A stretch of DNA of 64,000 nt, taken from a virus. Every line of letters starts with the position of its first letter. Position 1 is the first letter of the stretch. The translations under genes were made by a program, and so were the position numbers. The notes beneath the pieces are model-generated. The model was not told the origin of the DNA. It made no database searches and was given only the letters and a program-made list of their open reading frames with translations. Location: positions 38,121 to 102,120 of IMG/VR virus record IMGVR_UViG_3300025141_017118; one strand, 5' to 3'. Shown piece by piece: positions 48,411-58,537 of this stretch.

Positions 48411-49342
48411 TACTTTAACCATCCCCCAAATGCTAGTGAATCTGTACCCTCTGGATTATGACCATATGTGAAACCAGCAGTCGACGACTTGTGATCAAAC
48501 GGAAGCAGACTATTTTCACTAGAACCCGTCAATTGATATAACACTTCTTTCATTTCGAAATCATGATCTCCATAGTCTGCCCACTTATATTCTTTTTTTG
48601 ATATGTCAACAAAGGGCGTGAATTTCCCTAGTCTAAAATCAATATTTCCGGGTAAGGGTAAAGAAGATGTAAGAAATACATTCTGACTATCGAAAAATGG
48701 TACCGTCACAGGAGCTTCATTTTTTCCATTATAAATAAACTGACTTATTTTTGTGTTATTACGCAACGTCAGTGTATACATAGAAGAGATTGATGCCTTA
48801 ATAGTATGTGGATAAAACTTTGAACCGCTAAGCTGTCCCTGGAGATCACCGCGGCGGTCGATAAACCTTCGAATAGTCAACGGTTCGATCACACCATCCA
48901 TTTGCCCATCTTGTACTAGTGACGTATAAAAAACGGGGTTGGGATAAGAAGGAATTGAACCAGCCGTCATATCACGTAATGTCGAGCCTGAAGAGTAGCC
49001 CACCTGATCAACAAAGGGAGTCTCTTCATTAAACTCATATGACTGGCCATGGATTGTTTGCAACAGGCCATGGGAGACCCGGGATTCTAGAGCACTTGGT
49101 GAACCCAAGCTAGATGGGATTCCAAGTGCCGTATCCGGAAGGGCATCATCAAAAAACTTGTTAGGATCGCCATAACTTCCAGACTGGCGTAATACAATAG
49201 AATCTTCACTCCATATCTGCGGAACGTTGGCTGAATAAAATGTGTGCTTAACCTGTGTTATCGATACGCCCTGACGAAACATAGAAATTGTGCCACTTAA
49301 GGTGGCTTGCATTGTTTTTCTAGTCTTTCTATTAGAGCTCAT
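48410..49342 (-). CDS. Putative virion structural protein
   Basis: 310-aa ORF coupled to the LamG gene; repeated PF.D motifs and 5 [ST]G[ST] motifs. Confidence 0.55.
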   Translation of the reverse strand: MSSNRKTRKTMQATLSGTISMFRQGVSITQVKHTFYSANVPQIWSEDSIVLRQSGSYGDPNKFFDDALPDTALGIPSSLGSPSALESRVSHGLLQTIHGQSYEFNEETPFVDQVGYSSGSTLRDMTAGSIPSYPNPVFYTSLVQDGQMDGVIEPLTIRRFIDRRGDLQGQLSGSKFYPHTIKASISSMYTLTLRNNTKISQFIYNGKNEAPVTVPFFDSQNVFLTSSLPLPGNIDFRLGKFTPFVDISKKEYKWADYGDHDFEMKEVLYQLTGSSENSLLPFDHKSSTAGFTYGHNPEGTDSLAFGGWLK

Positions 49343-49349
49343 CTTCTAA

Positions 49350-52300
49350 CTAATCCTTCTTTATAACAGCAATTATAAGTGAGGGTGCCGGTTGGGGATT
49401 TGTGTCTGTTTTATTTGATATCAAGTTTTCAACACTTGAGGATTTTGCCGTAGTTCCCCACTGGGGCGTCTCGTTGTTTTCGCCACCACCACTATTATTG
49501 TCTGATGGTTTTGACTGATTGCCCTTTCCAGGAAAACCTGAGCTGGCATTGACCGATGACTTTAAGCCTGGCAAATTCGTACTATGGGGCGTATCAGCTT
49601 TTTCGGGACGATCTCTAGACGCACGAAGTGAAAAGGGAACGTTAACGTCCTGCCAGTCATATCTAAATTTCGCGCGTTCTAACATATGTGACTCTATTAT
49701 AAAATTAACGCCTAGAAAATTTGTTCTAGAAGGAACTAATCTGTCTATTAAAATTCCTATTGTGTCGTCGAACCATTTAAAGAATTCAAAAAACTCTTTT
49801 ATTTTTATCCTACGTGTTAATCGATTAAAGTAAATGTCTCGAAGACGTCTTAGGTCTGGGTATGTCTCCGAATATAATAATTCCGGAGCACCAATGATGT
49901 TATTGAAAATATCTAAATTAGAAAACATTGTGATGATATCTTCATTCAACGCCTGCACTAGAGAATTCTCAACAGAAAATCTGACATCGTCTTCTGGACG
50001 GATTGATTTTCGTGGTTCATAAACCGGTGCTATCTTACCCCCCAATTCTTCAACATTTTTTATACTTTGAAAACTTCGTATGCGAATCTTATTGTCCGAG
50101 GAACGCTCATCAAACCGCGGATCAATATAGCTATAAGAAAACCTTTCAGGCTTTATTACTCTTTTAGATTTTTCAAAACCAGTAAATGTTGCGCCGCCTT
50201 TTCCAAAAGTTTGTGAAAAATCAGTCAAGTACAACATTCCTTCTTCATTTGAATTAGTAACCGGCTGATCCATTGTTGTGTCAAGCCTTAATCTTTGCCA
50301 TGAGCCGGTGGTCGTAAACGTAAAATTAAAATTGCTAAAGGGATCTCTTACACCCGTCGACTTAAAGTCTCGGGTGTGTGTAATAACATCAGCCTTCTCT
50401 AAAGCTTTAGACCAAAATCTCACTCTGCTAACTTTTCCTGTAAACATCGTCTGGCGTATCTGATCATTTACGGATGCATCTGGATATGAAGCATTAAGGA
50501 AATTGTTATAACTGTTGTTAATGCTTTGTGAGCCAATACAGATAAATGACCCGCTTGTATTAATGACACTTACGTTTTGAAGAACATTTAGTGCTGGATT
50601 ACTCTCGCTAACGAAGCTGCTAGTCATGTGTAATGCGGCGATATCACCATAATTTTGACGTGATGCATTAAGAAAATATGATGAACTTGTCCATGAGTTC
50701 ATCTGATCATTTCTCCTTCTGCCGAATGAGATATGCCACTTATTTCCGTCAAAAATATTGACTCCAGTTAAGTTAAGTTCAAATGGCCTGTTTGTTGAAG
50801 GCTGATTGCCACCGGCATCTACCATACCCATAAGTCTTAATGAAGCCGTAGTAGGAGATCTTCCTGAAAATATTGATGATGTTAAAGCTAATAAGTTAAA
50901 TACGACTTTTGGAGATGCATGATCACTACCGGTTATATGAATCCTTGCTAACGACTGTGTTCCTGGATGAATCATATTTCCGGTCAGAGGAGAATATTTA
51001 TACAGTCCCTCAAATGCCCATGAACCAGATGTTAATAAGCCATCATCAGGCTCTGGTGACATACCATATGTGTACCCTTTAGAGATTAAGTCAGAGGTCT
51101 TAACGAATGAAGTGGCCTTGGGTTTTGGATATCCCAATGAGGGCCCCGCATAACGTGATGAAGACAGAAATGCTGACTGAAAGAACGGGTAGTCAGGTGA
51201 AATTCCGGTATTAGGATCCGGTGTTCCGGCGCCGTGAGGATCTTTTTTCAGTGCGAATGTTCCAGTCATAGTTCCACTGAATGATGCCATGGATGAGACC
51301 TCGGTTTTATAACGCCTGTCTTGATCAATGGTCAGGGTTTTGGGTCCACCGAACTCCCTAAACCTAAAATTTGAATCTGGATCTAGGCCAGTGGCTCGAA
51401 TTAATGCCTTTATACCATGTACCGTGCCTTTGCTGTTGACAATTTCATGCATATTAACAAGAATTCGTCTCCATATTTGCCCCTGAATATGCTTCAGGCT
51501 TTTATGGGGCAATTGCTCTTTTACTGTAAGGTTCTCACCCTCAAACATCTGTTTTATGCTAGCATTTGAGTAAAAAGATGGTAATGTAAACCCATGTAAA
51601 TCACCTAATTGTGGTAAGAAATGATCTGCAATCCCTTTTGTTTCTATATAGTCTGGATGAACTAGTTCACCAAAGTGATCTAGATACATTTTAATCTCAT
51701 CAAAAAACTTTGCCCACATTAACGATAAGATAGAAATAATTTGAGGCGAGGACATCTTTCCCCCACCAGGAAAATCAGAAGATCCAGATGAAAATAGCTG
51801 CCCAACACCACCATCATAATCTGATAGCCCTTCAGCAAACTGGGCCTCAAGTAGATAATGCTCAGGAATTAAGTTTGTAATAAGATTTGGGTTATTAGTA
51901 TCATAGTCGCTTGCAGATGATAGTAATTCCATGTTGAGATTTATTATGCTACTATCAAAAGGAAAAAGAATGGGATTAACACCAGGCAACTCAAGCCGAA
52001 GAGGCATTTTTAAACCGCCACTGTACCTGAGACGTTCTTTAAAGTTTTTTACCTCTGCGTGCAATCCATGCCCGGAAGAGTCTAGGACTAGGGGAGCTAT
52101 CGAACTTTGCGCTTTGCCGGGAATTGTTCCAGATGGCTCATTAAACTTATAATATGCCTTCAGACTATCTTGTGCAAATACATTTCTTATCTGAAACTCT
52201 TTCTGTTGGGCCGGTGATCTTAATCCATTGAATATTCTAAGCTCATCTAAGGCGCCTGAAAATGTTTGTCTTGGCTCAAAATAGCTAAGTGTTCCATCAC

Positions 52301-53195
52301 CCTTGGCACCCGACATGTGTAGCGTTCCACTTCCTATGATTAGTGGGGCGAAGGTGTATCCCAAAGAACCCATCTCACTAGACATCGTTGAAGTCGCTAT
52401 TAAGTTTCCGCTTTGATAAAGCTCTATTTCATGGTACCCAGGATTTCTGTTAAACGTTACACAAACATTCCGAAATCCTCCCTTCTGTAACTTCATTGAA
52501 CTAGTAATAACGTGATTCGTCCCGGACGACATCAAGGCAAAGAATGTACACTCTTCCGTACTTTCACTTGGGTTTAGTCCAATTGTAAATCCTGTATTCG
52601 TACCTGACAACCTCTGAAGTAATACAGAGCCAGAATTGAATTCTTTCGCTAGCGCGACAGAAAATTCGATTGTTGTAGTCGAATCACCAGGGCCCAGAAT
52701 CGTACCTCCACTCCTGTCTTTAGACAGACTAGGCTTATAGGCTCCTGCCTTATCAGATATCTGTATATAAGTTCCTTCATGTGATAGCGCATCATATGAA
52801 CCAGAGAAATGCAAAAATCCCCTTCTCTTTGGAAATCTATCATATACATGTTTTTCAAATCCAGTAAGTGAATCGAAAAAACTACTTATCTCATCAGTGT
52901 TGCCATCAAATGGGAAGTTATTAATAATTCTGTCAAATGCAACATTTACTTTTGACTCAGCAGAATTAAAGAATGTGTGATTTTCGAATTGTGAAAAGTC
53001 AACGTTCAGTTGCTGTGTTGATTTGATCCCAGTAAGACCGGGCGTATCATAATGAAATGAAGAGGTACCGATAATGGTACCGGTCAATATTGCAGCGTAC
53101 TTATTTGAAGAAATCGAACTATCGAATGCTATCTTTTTAACAACTGCCGGTGAAAATAGCGATGTCTTACTAAAAAATGGGCGATTTTTTTTCAT
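49350..53195 (-). CDS. Baseplate wedge-like protein (P2 gpI/T4 gp7-like segment) with two LamG-like domains
   Basis: FLPQLG...WRRIL......SKGTVHGIKALIRATG (gpI-like); FSGALDELRIF and WHISFGR...FTGKVSRVRFW (LamG-like). Confidence 0.65.
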   Translation of the reverse strand: MKKNRPFFSKTSLFSPAVVKKIAFDSSISSNKYAAILTGTIIGTSSFHYDTPGLTGIKSTQQLNVDFSQFENHTFFNSAESKVNVAFDRIINNFPFDGNTDEISSFFDSLTGFEKHVYDRFPKRRGFLHFSGSYDALSHEGTYIQISDKAGAYKPSLSKDRSGGTILGPGDSTTTIEFSVALAKEFNSGSVLLQRLSGTNTGFTIGLNPSESTEECTFFALMSSGTNHVITSSMKLQKGGFRNVCVTFNRNPGYHEIELYQSGNLIATSTMSSEMGSLGYTFAPLIIGSGTLHMSGAKGDGTLSYFEPRQTFSGALDELRIFNGLRSPAQQKEFQIRNVFAQDSLKAYYKFNEPSGTIPGKAQSSIAPLVLDSSGHGLHAEVKNFKERLRYSGGLKMPLRLELPGVNPILFPFDSSIINLNMELLSSASDYDTNNPNLITNLIPEHYLLEAQFAEGLSDYDGGVGQLFSSGSSDFPGGGKMSSPQIISILSLMWAKFFDEIKMYLDHFGELVHPDYIETKGIADHFLPQLGDLHGFTLPSFYSNASIKQMFEGENLTVKEQLPHKSLKHIQGQIWRRILVNMHEIVNSKGTVHGIKALIRATGLDPDSNFRFREFGGPKTLTIDQDRRYKTEVSSMASFSGTMTGTFALKKDPHGAGTPDPNTGISPDYPFFQSAFLSSSRYAGPSLGYPKPKATSFVKTSDLISKGYTYGMSPEPDDGLLTSGSWAFEGLYKYSPLTGNMIHPGTQSLARIHITGSDHASPKVVFNLLALTSSIFSGRSPTTASLRLMGMVDAGGNQPSTNRPFELNLTGVNIFDGNKWHISFGRRRNDQMNSWTSSSYFLNASRQNYGDIAALHMTSSFVSESNPALNVLQNVSVINTSGSFICIGSQSINNSYNNFLNASYPDASVNDQIRQTMFTGKVSRVRFWSKALEKADVITHTRDFKSTGVRDPFSNFNFTFTTTGSWQRLRLDTTMDQPVTNSNEEGMLYLTDFSQTFGKGGATFTGFEKSKRVIKPERFSYSYIDPRFDERSSDNKIRIRSFQSIKNVEELGGKIAPVYEPRKSIRPEDDVRFSVENSLVQALNEDIITMFSNLDIFNNIIGAPELLYSETYPDLRRLRDIYFNRLTRRIKIKEFFEFFKWFDDTIGILIDRLVPSRTNFLGVNFIIESHMLERAKFRYDWQDVNVPFSLRASRDRPEKADTPHSTNLPGLKSSVNASSGFPGKGNQSKPSDNNSGGGENNETPQWGTTAKSSSVENLISNKTDTNPQPAPSLIIAVIKKD

Positions 53196-53199
53196 GAAC

Positions 53200-54795
53200 T
53201 TATTCGTTTACCCTAAATCTTAAATTTTCTGCGCGTAATATTATCTCGCTTCCACGATCTACAACCGAAAACTCTAGAGTGTAATCCTGTCCCGGCGGGA
53301 GGGAGTCCATATACATGTCAAATGACATACCTTGAGAATCACTTGATAGTCTAGTACCATTATTCCCTTTTGTGAATGGGATTATAATTTCACCACTATT
53401 AATATTGATGGCGCGCCAGTATACCTCTTCAAGAATTATACTCTTTAACCTGTAGGGTAGTTTGTAAGGTTTTTCGTTACGCTTAAACTCTCTTGCAAAG
53501 ATCCTGAATGTTGTCCGTTCCGTCACATCATATACTGCCTTTGCATTCAAAACAGTAAATTGAAGATCACGTGGGACATCTACAAAGCTTGTGCGTGGGT
53601 TTGCCTTTATAGTTAAGCTGCCTGTATAATACCCTTGCTTTCGATCAATTGATGACCAATATTCCTCCAGAGTTAAAGAACCACTGGCTGCTGCAAAATT
53701 AGACACTGTATCAGTGCCTATAACGACTGACGATTCTGCAAATGGTATTGCAAATGATGCCGAATATACACCGGTCACGTAGTTATATGATTCTGAAGTG
53801 TCGCCATTATACCATAGAGTTCCTGCCTGGTGTTGCGATGCACTCATCGTCTTCTTAAATGAGCCTGTACGTAATGTTAGGAGCATACAATTAGTACCTG
53901 TAACTGGTGTTAATGCGGTACCAGAAAGTATATTTGCGGGTGAACTTCGATGAAAATTATTTAAAAATAGTGATCCTGTAATATCAAAATAAAAATTCTG
54001 GTGATGATCAACAACTGCATTGTCATATGAAACATTCAGTCGTGGGCGTAGTCTCCTGTTTCTTACATGCCGACTTGCAAACCTCTTGACAAATCTTGTT
54101 TTTTCGTCTCTTTCTTCTGAGCCTGTATATGACAATCTCCAACCGCAATCAGGCAAAATACCAGCGAGGGTCGCCGACACTATTGTCGTAACATCCATCT
54201 TTAGATTTTCCGTGCCATTCTTAAAGTATTGTTTTACGCCTAGGCCCCTTAAAGAGGATCCGTCGTTTAAGTTTCCGGAAACTATAATGTCTAAGTTCGT
54301 AGGATATCCAGCCGATGTAGCGGTATGATCAATATTCCCTTGTGAATCTGCACCAGATAAATACCATGGGCTCACTGTTGAGTTGGCCACTGAGGCAGTT
54401 ATAAAGTTTGCTCTATCCAAGTCCGAAAATGATGCCACGTCCCTGCCAATACCTTCATCAAATGATTGCGAAAGGGGGAAGAGAATTAAACTAAAGTTAG
54501 AAGGAACAACCTGGCCTCCCATTATATCAAATAACTCAAGCTCACACTTGAATGCCGAGCTACCTAAATTAAGTTCGCTATTCTTTAGCTTGTTTATTCT
54601 ATCAAAGTCAAACTTTATTAATGCGCGAGAAAGCTCATTTGTTGTTGTAGTTCCGCTCAGAATAGATTCATCCCACAACCGAAATATATCAAGAGTTGAT
54701 GCATACCCAGTGTTCGCATCTGAAGCACTAAAATTGCTATTGATTATTTTGTTTGTAATGTATGTGTCTTTACTGGCAGTTAAAATAAAATACAT
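53200..54795 (-). CDS. Baseplate-associated protein with DNRLRE/CBM96-like domain
   Basis: ASKDTYI...SRALIKFD...CELELF...PLSQSFDEG...RFASR.....PRLNVSYD pattern. Confidence 0.55.
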   Translation of the reverse strand: MYFILTASKDTYITNKIINSNFSASDANTGYASTLDIFRLWDESILSGTTTTNELSRALIKFDFDRINKLKNSELNLGSSAFKCELELFDIMGGQVVPSNFSLILFPLSQSFDEGIGRDVASFSDLDRANFITASVANSTVSPWYLSGADSQGNIDHTATSAGYPTNLDIIVSGNLNDGSSLRGLGVKQYFKNGTENLKMDVTTIVSATLAGILPDCGWRLSYTGSEERDEKTRFVKRFASRHVRNRRLRPRLNVSYDNAVVDHHQNFYFDITGSLFLNNFHRSSPANILSGTALTPVTGTNCMLLTLRTGSFKKTMSASQHQAGTLWYNGDTSESYNYVTGVYSASFAIPFAESSVVIGTDTVSNFAAASGSLTLEEYWSSIDRKQGYYTGSLTIKANPRTSFVDVPRDLQFTVLNAKAVYDVTERTTFRIFAREFKRNEKPYKLPYRLKSIILEEVYWRAININSGEIIIPFTKGNNGTRLSSDSQGMSFDMYMDSLPPGQDYTLEFSVVDRGSEIILRAENLRFRVNE

Positions 54796-54802
54796 TGTTC
54801 AC

Positions 54803-56662
54803 CTATGATGCATGCCCAATAATATCAAAATCAGGATATTTCATTTCAAATATTGCGCCAGAGGGGGGGATTATAAGGCCCCTTCGACTGTTGCTCTTAA
54901 TATCGAATGAATAGTCACTATACCTACGATCCTCATTATCCTTATATAAATTAAAGACAACGGGTTGTTTAGCTAGTGCTATAACACCCTCAGTGTTGAT
55001 AATAATATTTGTTATGTCCGCGTTTATTATTGGTTGCCCTATTTGAAAATTCTCAAGTGACATAAGTTCTGTCAAATTATTGATCACCCCTTGAATGACT
55101 GCATTTTTGTTTGCCGTGGGGTGGGTTACGATAAAAAACTCTATCCCAATATTTATTACCGGTGCATCAACAATATCAACGGCATCAGAAATAAGGCGAA
55201 ATTCGTTTAGATATTTTCTAAGGTTTTTCTTTAATGCGTCAGGTGCTATAATTAGATTTGCATCTGAATCCATGCAGATGAGATGCATTATCGCAGCCAT
55301 AGGATTATTGGGATTATTTGAAATTGAAGCGCGGTAAACTCTTCCATAGTTCGCTGGCATGGTGTACACTCTTGCTAAAAGATCTTGTGCACTGACAATC
55401 CTCGACTGCATCTGTTTCATTGCCGGCACTTTCGCCTTTAATTCCTCTAGTGTAGGTGCTTCCGTACCGCCACCCGTAGGCGACGAATTTGTGACCTCTA
55501 TCGTCTGTCTTAACATTTCGACCTCAGATGCAGATAACTTTCCAGGAAAGCGTATGTTCAACACGTTAATGGATTCTATTGAGTTAACTGCCAGGTTGTG
55601 AGAAATACCTCCCCCATGCCGATATCTTACAGAAATTACAGTATTTTTTGGAGCTATACCCAGTGTTTGTGTCCCTAAAATGTCATTGGGATCTATTGAG
55701 AATCGAGGAAATGTTTTCTTTCCATAAAGAGGTAATGATAACTCACTAGGATCTGGTATTATGTCATTGTCTAAGACGTTTTCATCTCCAGAACCAAATT
55801 GTATTGAGGTTAGCCTTGTTGATGGATCTACCAAATTTAAAAACCTATATGGCGCTGGAATTATCTCCATATGGGTTTCAACCAGGTGATTATCATCATC
55901 TAAGTTTGGTGTACCACCAAATACAACATTCTGCGTTAACGATGAGACCTCATAATACTTGTTTCTATTAGCATCACTTACCTCCATTATCTCAGTAATA
56001 TCCGTATTTGACAGTGTTATCTGTCTAAATGGTTCATGAATGTCTGATATTATAAATTGTTCTGTTGTCTCTTCACCAGAAACAATCGTTCCCTCTAGAG
56101 ATACTATATAATAGAATGGGTTTGCGGCACCTGTGGCATTTACACTAGACACAAAAATTTCAACACTGGCCAATAGCTCATCTGCTGGGGACGTCTTCGT
56201 AAAGTCCAGTTCTTCTATCAGATTATATATGACGCCGGAAGATGAACTAAACGTCGTGCCCAAGCCTATTATCGGTAAAAATCTTCTATCAGGAACACTT
56301 TCACCCTGCACTGTCGTAGCTGGAACCTTTATAGACACTTTCATGGTTCCCACCGCAGGTGACACTGTTGTAATGGGTACCCCGGCTTCTCGTAAGTGAC
56401 GAAGGATATTTACATGTTCGATTGCAGTAGATGGAAAAAGCTCATTGAACTGATGGTCTAAATAAAATGACATTGAATCGCCAATAAACGCAGCCATATC
56501 AACGAATAGGCCCCCTAATGAGGCCTCAGAAAAATCCTGAATCTTGTCAGGAAAATACGTCCGTGCATAGGATATAAGTTCTTTTCGAAATGAATCAAAG
56601 TCTCTTGCGAGGTATGACTTGTTTCTTACTTTCTTTAATTGTTTCTGTATATCTTTTGGCAT
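54803..56662 (-). CDS. Baseplate wedge subunit (T4 gp6 / P2 gpJ-like)
   Basis: RDFDSFRKELI.Y....FP....DF.E.SLG...DM.AF.GD..SFYLD, IQFGSG, GGTEAPTLEELK...Q.RIVS.QD. Confidence 0.88.
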   Translation of the reverse strand: MPKDIQKQLKKVRNKSYLARDFDSFRKELISYARTYFPDKIQDFSEASLGGLFVDMAAFIGDSMSFYLDHQFNELFPSTAIEHVNILRHLREAGVPITTVSPAVGTMKVSIKVPATTVQGESVPDRRFLPIIGLGTTFSSSSGVIYNLIEELDFTKTSPADELLASVEIFVSSVNATGAANPFYYIVSLEGTIVSGEETTEQFIISDIHEPFRQITLSNTDITEIMEVSDANRNKYYEVSSLTQNVVFGGTPNLDDDNHLVETHMEIIPAPYRFLNLVDPSTRLTSIQFGSGDENVLDNDIIPDPSELSLPLYGKKTFPRFSIDPNDILGTQTLGIAPKNTVISVRYRHGGGISHNLAVNSIESINVLNIRFPGKLSASEVEMLRQTIEVTNSSPTGGGTEAPTLEELKAKVPAMKQMQSRIVSAQDLLARVYTMPANYGRVYRASISNNPNNPMAAIMHLICMDSDANLIIAPDALKKNLRKYLNEFRLISDAVDIVDAPVINIGIEFFIVTHPTANKNAVIQGVINNLTELMSLENFQIGQPIINADITNIIINTEGVIALAKQPVVFNLYKDNEDRRYSDYSFDIKSNSRRGLIIPPSGAIFEMKYPDFDIIGHAS

Positions 56663-56664
56663 GT

Positions 56665-57159
56665 TTATCCTATAGTATCTATGATTACCTCAATCGCGCC
56701 TGTTTCATCACCATAGCCCTCAACGGTAAATGTAACCTGGACACCGATTTGAATCACCTGCTGGTCTTCATCGGGGCCACGTCGAAATGTTGAAAAGCCA
56801 GATAAGTTTACATATGGCATATATTTTGCTACGGCGTTAGATATTTGTGTCATTGCCCGGGCATCCGTATCAGAGTTTGTAAGCTCTGTGCTCAACCACT
56901 TTAGATTTCCACCGAAATCATACAGCCCTAATCTCTCACCCCAGTTTGTTAGAATTAAATTTCGTAAATTATCCGACACTTGCCTAAACAAGGTCGTATG
57001 CATCTGAAATAAGCCTTGTTCATTCCCAAATTCCACCGGAGTCTTTATCCCAATTGGAACAACATCGATTGCAGTAGTAACACCGACTTCTTCATTAATA
57101 TACTCAGCCATGTCCTGGCCTACTGACTTAAAGTCGTATGTCTTTTGGATCTGTTTCAT
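56665..57159 (-). CDS. Baseplate gp25-like (sheath initiator) protein
   Basis: QVSDNLRNLILTNWGERLGLYDFGGNL...I..AVAKYMPYV; adjacent to the gp6-like wedge. Confidence 0.88.
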   Translation of the reverse strand: MKQIQKTYDFKSVGQDMAEYINEEVGVTTAIDVVPIGIKTPVEFGNEQGLFQMHTTLFRQVSDNLRNLILTNWGERLGLYDFGGNLKWLSTELTNSDTDARAMTQISNAVAKYMPYVNLSGFSTFRRGPDEDQQVIQIGVQVTFTVEGYGDETGAIEVIIDTIG

Positions 57160-57184
57160 CTATCTTTTACTCCAGCACACATGG

Positions 57185-57192
57185 ATAAATAT
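57185..57192 (-). promoter_or_regulatory. Candidate late promoter element (ATATTTAT)
   Basis: Recurring motif ~26 nt upstream of the gp25-like gene heading the baseplate unit. Confidence 0.45.
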
Positions 57193-57272
57193 GTCCGTGA
57201 TTAATTCTATACTGAAGTAAATTATAAGATAATTACAAAAATAATATATGGTGTTTATCAGGTTGGTGAAAA

Positions 57273-58529
57273 CTAGTCGGCAGGAGCTGGCATAATTGTG
57301 GGTTGAACAAACCCAAAACGAATGTCTACGACAGGTGTAACAGCTATGCACCACCTAAGTATCGCTCGTGACATAGCATTATCCGCGGCTGTGGATGTCT
57401 TAAAAGATCCAGGCCCTATTGATAGTGGTCCTACGTATGGTGGTGGAATTTTTGGTGGAACACTAAAAATCATATTGCTACCCTGGGTCATTTTGGATAG
57501 GAGATGGGTCTCTACATCTGACTGAATTGCATTCAGAAGCTTAACATGCCATGCACGAATGGTGCTAACATACGTACTGATGTCTGCGTCTGAAAGCGTT
57601 CGAGCACCGTTAGCATCTACAGCAGATTCCCATGTTGTTATCGTCTCTCTCTCCGTCTCGGTAGCTCCCCCGGCCTGATATAATCCTAGGCTCTTTAAAA
57701 TTTCTTCTACCTTTGTTGACAAGGGTGCAACAAAGCCCATGGGCTTAAATGGTTGGAGACCATATGCTATTTTAAGCTCCGGAAAAACTGTTTCTTGAAT
57801 TGCCAAAACCCACCTCGTCTCAAGTACTTCCATCGTGGTAGGATATGCCTCACCATTCATATCAGCACCTGCCGATTGATGATGATGGGGCTCAGCATCT
57901 ATAAAATCATAAAGTGGGGGTGTTGATGAATCACCGGAAGGTACAGTGCCACCAGCCTTGATAATACTGTCACTTACTACCTTATTAATATCTTCAAAGA
58001 TTACTTCAGAATTAAAGTCAGAAGAGCCAGAAACTGCGTCGCCTATTATTGGCCCAGCAAGCTTCATAAGCTCTATATAATCAATGACATCTGTATTTTT
58101 CTGGACTGCGGTTTCATATATACCGCGGATTGCCTTGTAAAGAGGCAAGTTTAATATTGACTCAAGAGGTATTTTACCTACAGATGGTGGCTCAATCTGA
58201 TTGTCGTCTGCATCAAATTTTTCAGTTGCCCAATACGCAGAGATAAAAGGCGACGTAGCACCGGTAACTGCTGACGCCCTGGTCAACAAATATGCTAACA
58301 CTGGACCATATGTGCCGGGATCAGCTGCAACCTGAGCATCTTGTATTGTTAGGATACCACTTACATAATTTATAGAATCCTCGGAATCAGGATTATAAAA
58401 GTGGTTTAAGTTTTTTGCTACAAGATTTACATACTGTTTCCTAAAGCTAGGATCAGGTCCATAAGCATTAGAAAAAACTGGGTTCGAATCATCTTGAATT
58501 AAAGATAAAAGATCGGGAAGAGACGACAT
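57273..58529 (-). CDS. Hypothetical protein in baseplate module
   Basis: 418-aa ORF between the hub/spike and gp25-like genes. Confidence 0.6.
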   Translation of the reverse strand: MSSLPDLLSLIQDDSNPVFSNAYGPDPSFRKQYVNLVAKNLNHFYNPDSEDSINYVSGILTIQDAQVAADPGTYGPVLAYLLTRASAVTGATSPFISAYWATEKFDADDNQIEPPSVGKIPLESILNLPLYKAIRGIYETAVQKNTDVIDYIELMKLAGPIIGDAVSGSSDFNSEVIFEDINKVVSDSIIKAGGTVPSGDSSTPPLYDFIDAEPHHHQSAGADMNGEAYPTTMEVLETRWVLAIQETVFPELKIAYGLQPFKPMGFVAPLSTKVEEILKSLGLYQAGGATETERETITTWESAVDANGARTLSDADISTYVSTIRAWHVKLLNAIQSDVETHLLSKMTQGSNMIFSVPPKIPPPYVGPLSIGPGSFKTSTAADNAMSRAILRWCIAVTPVVDIRFGFVQPTIMPAPAD

Positions 58530-58537
58530 GATAAAAA

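Noticed and set aside
57160-57354. 64-aa minus-strand ORF upstream of the gp25-like gene
   Set aside because: It overlaps the upstream gene, runs through an AT-rich promoter-like spacer and has implausible composition.
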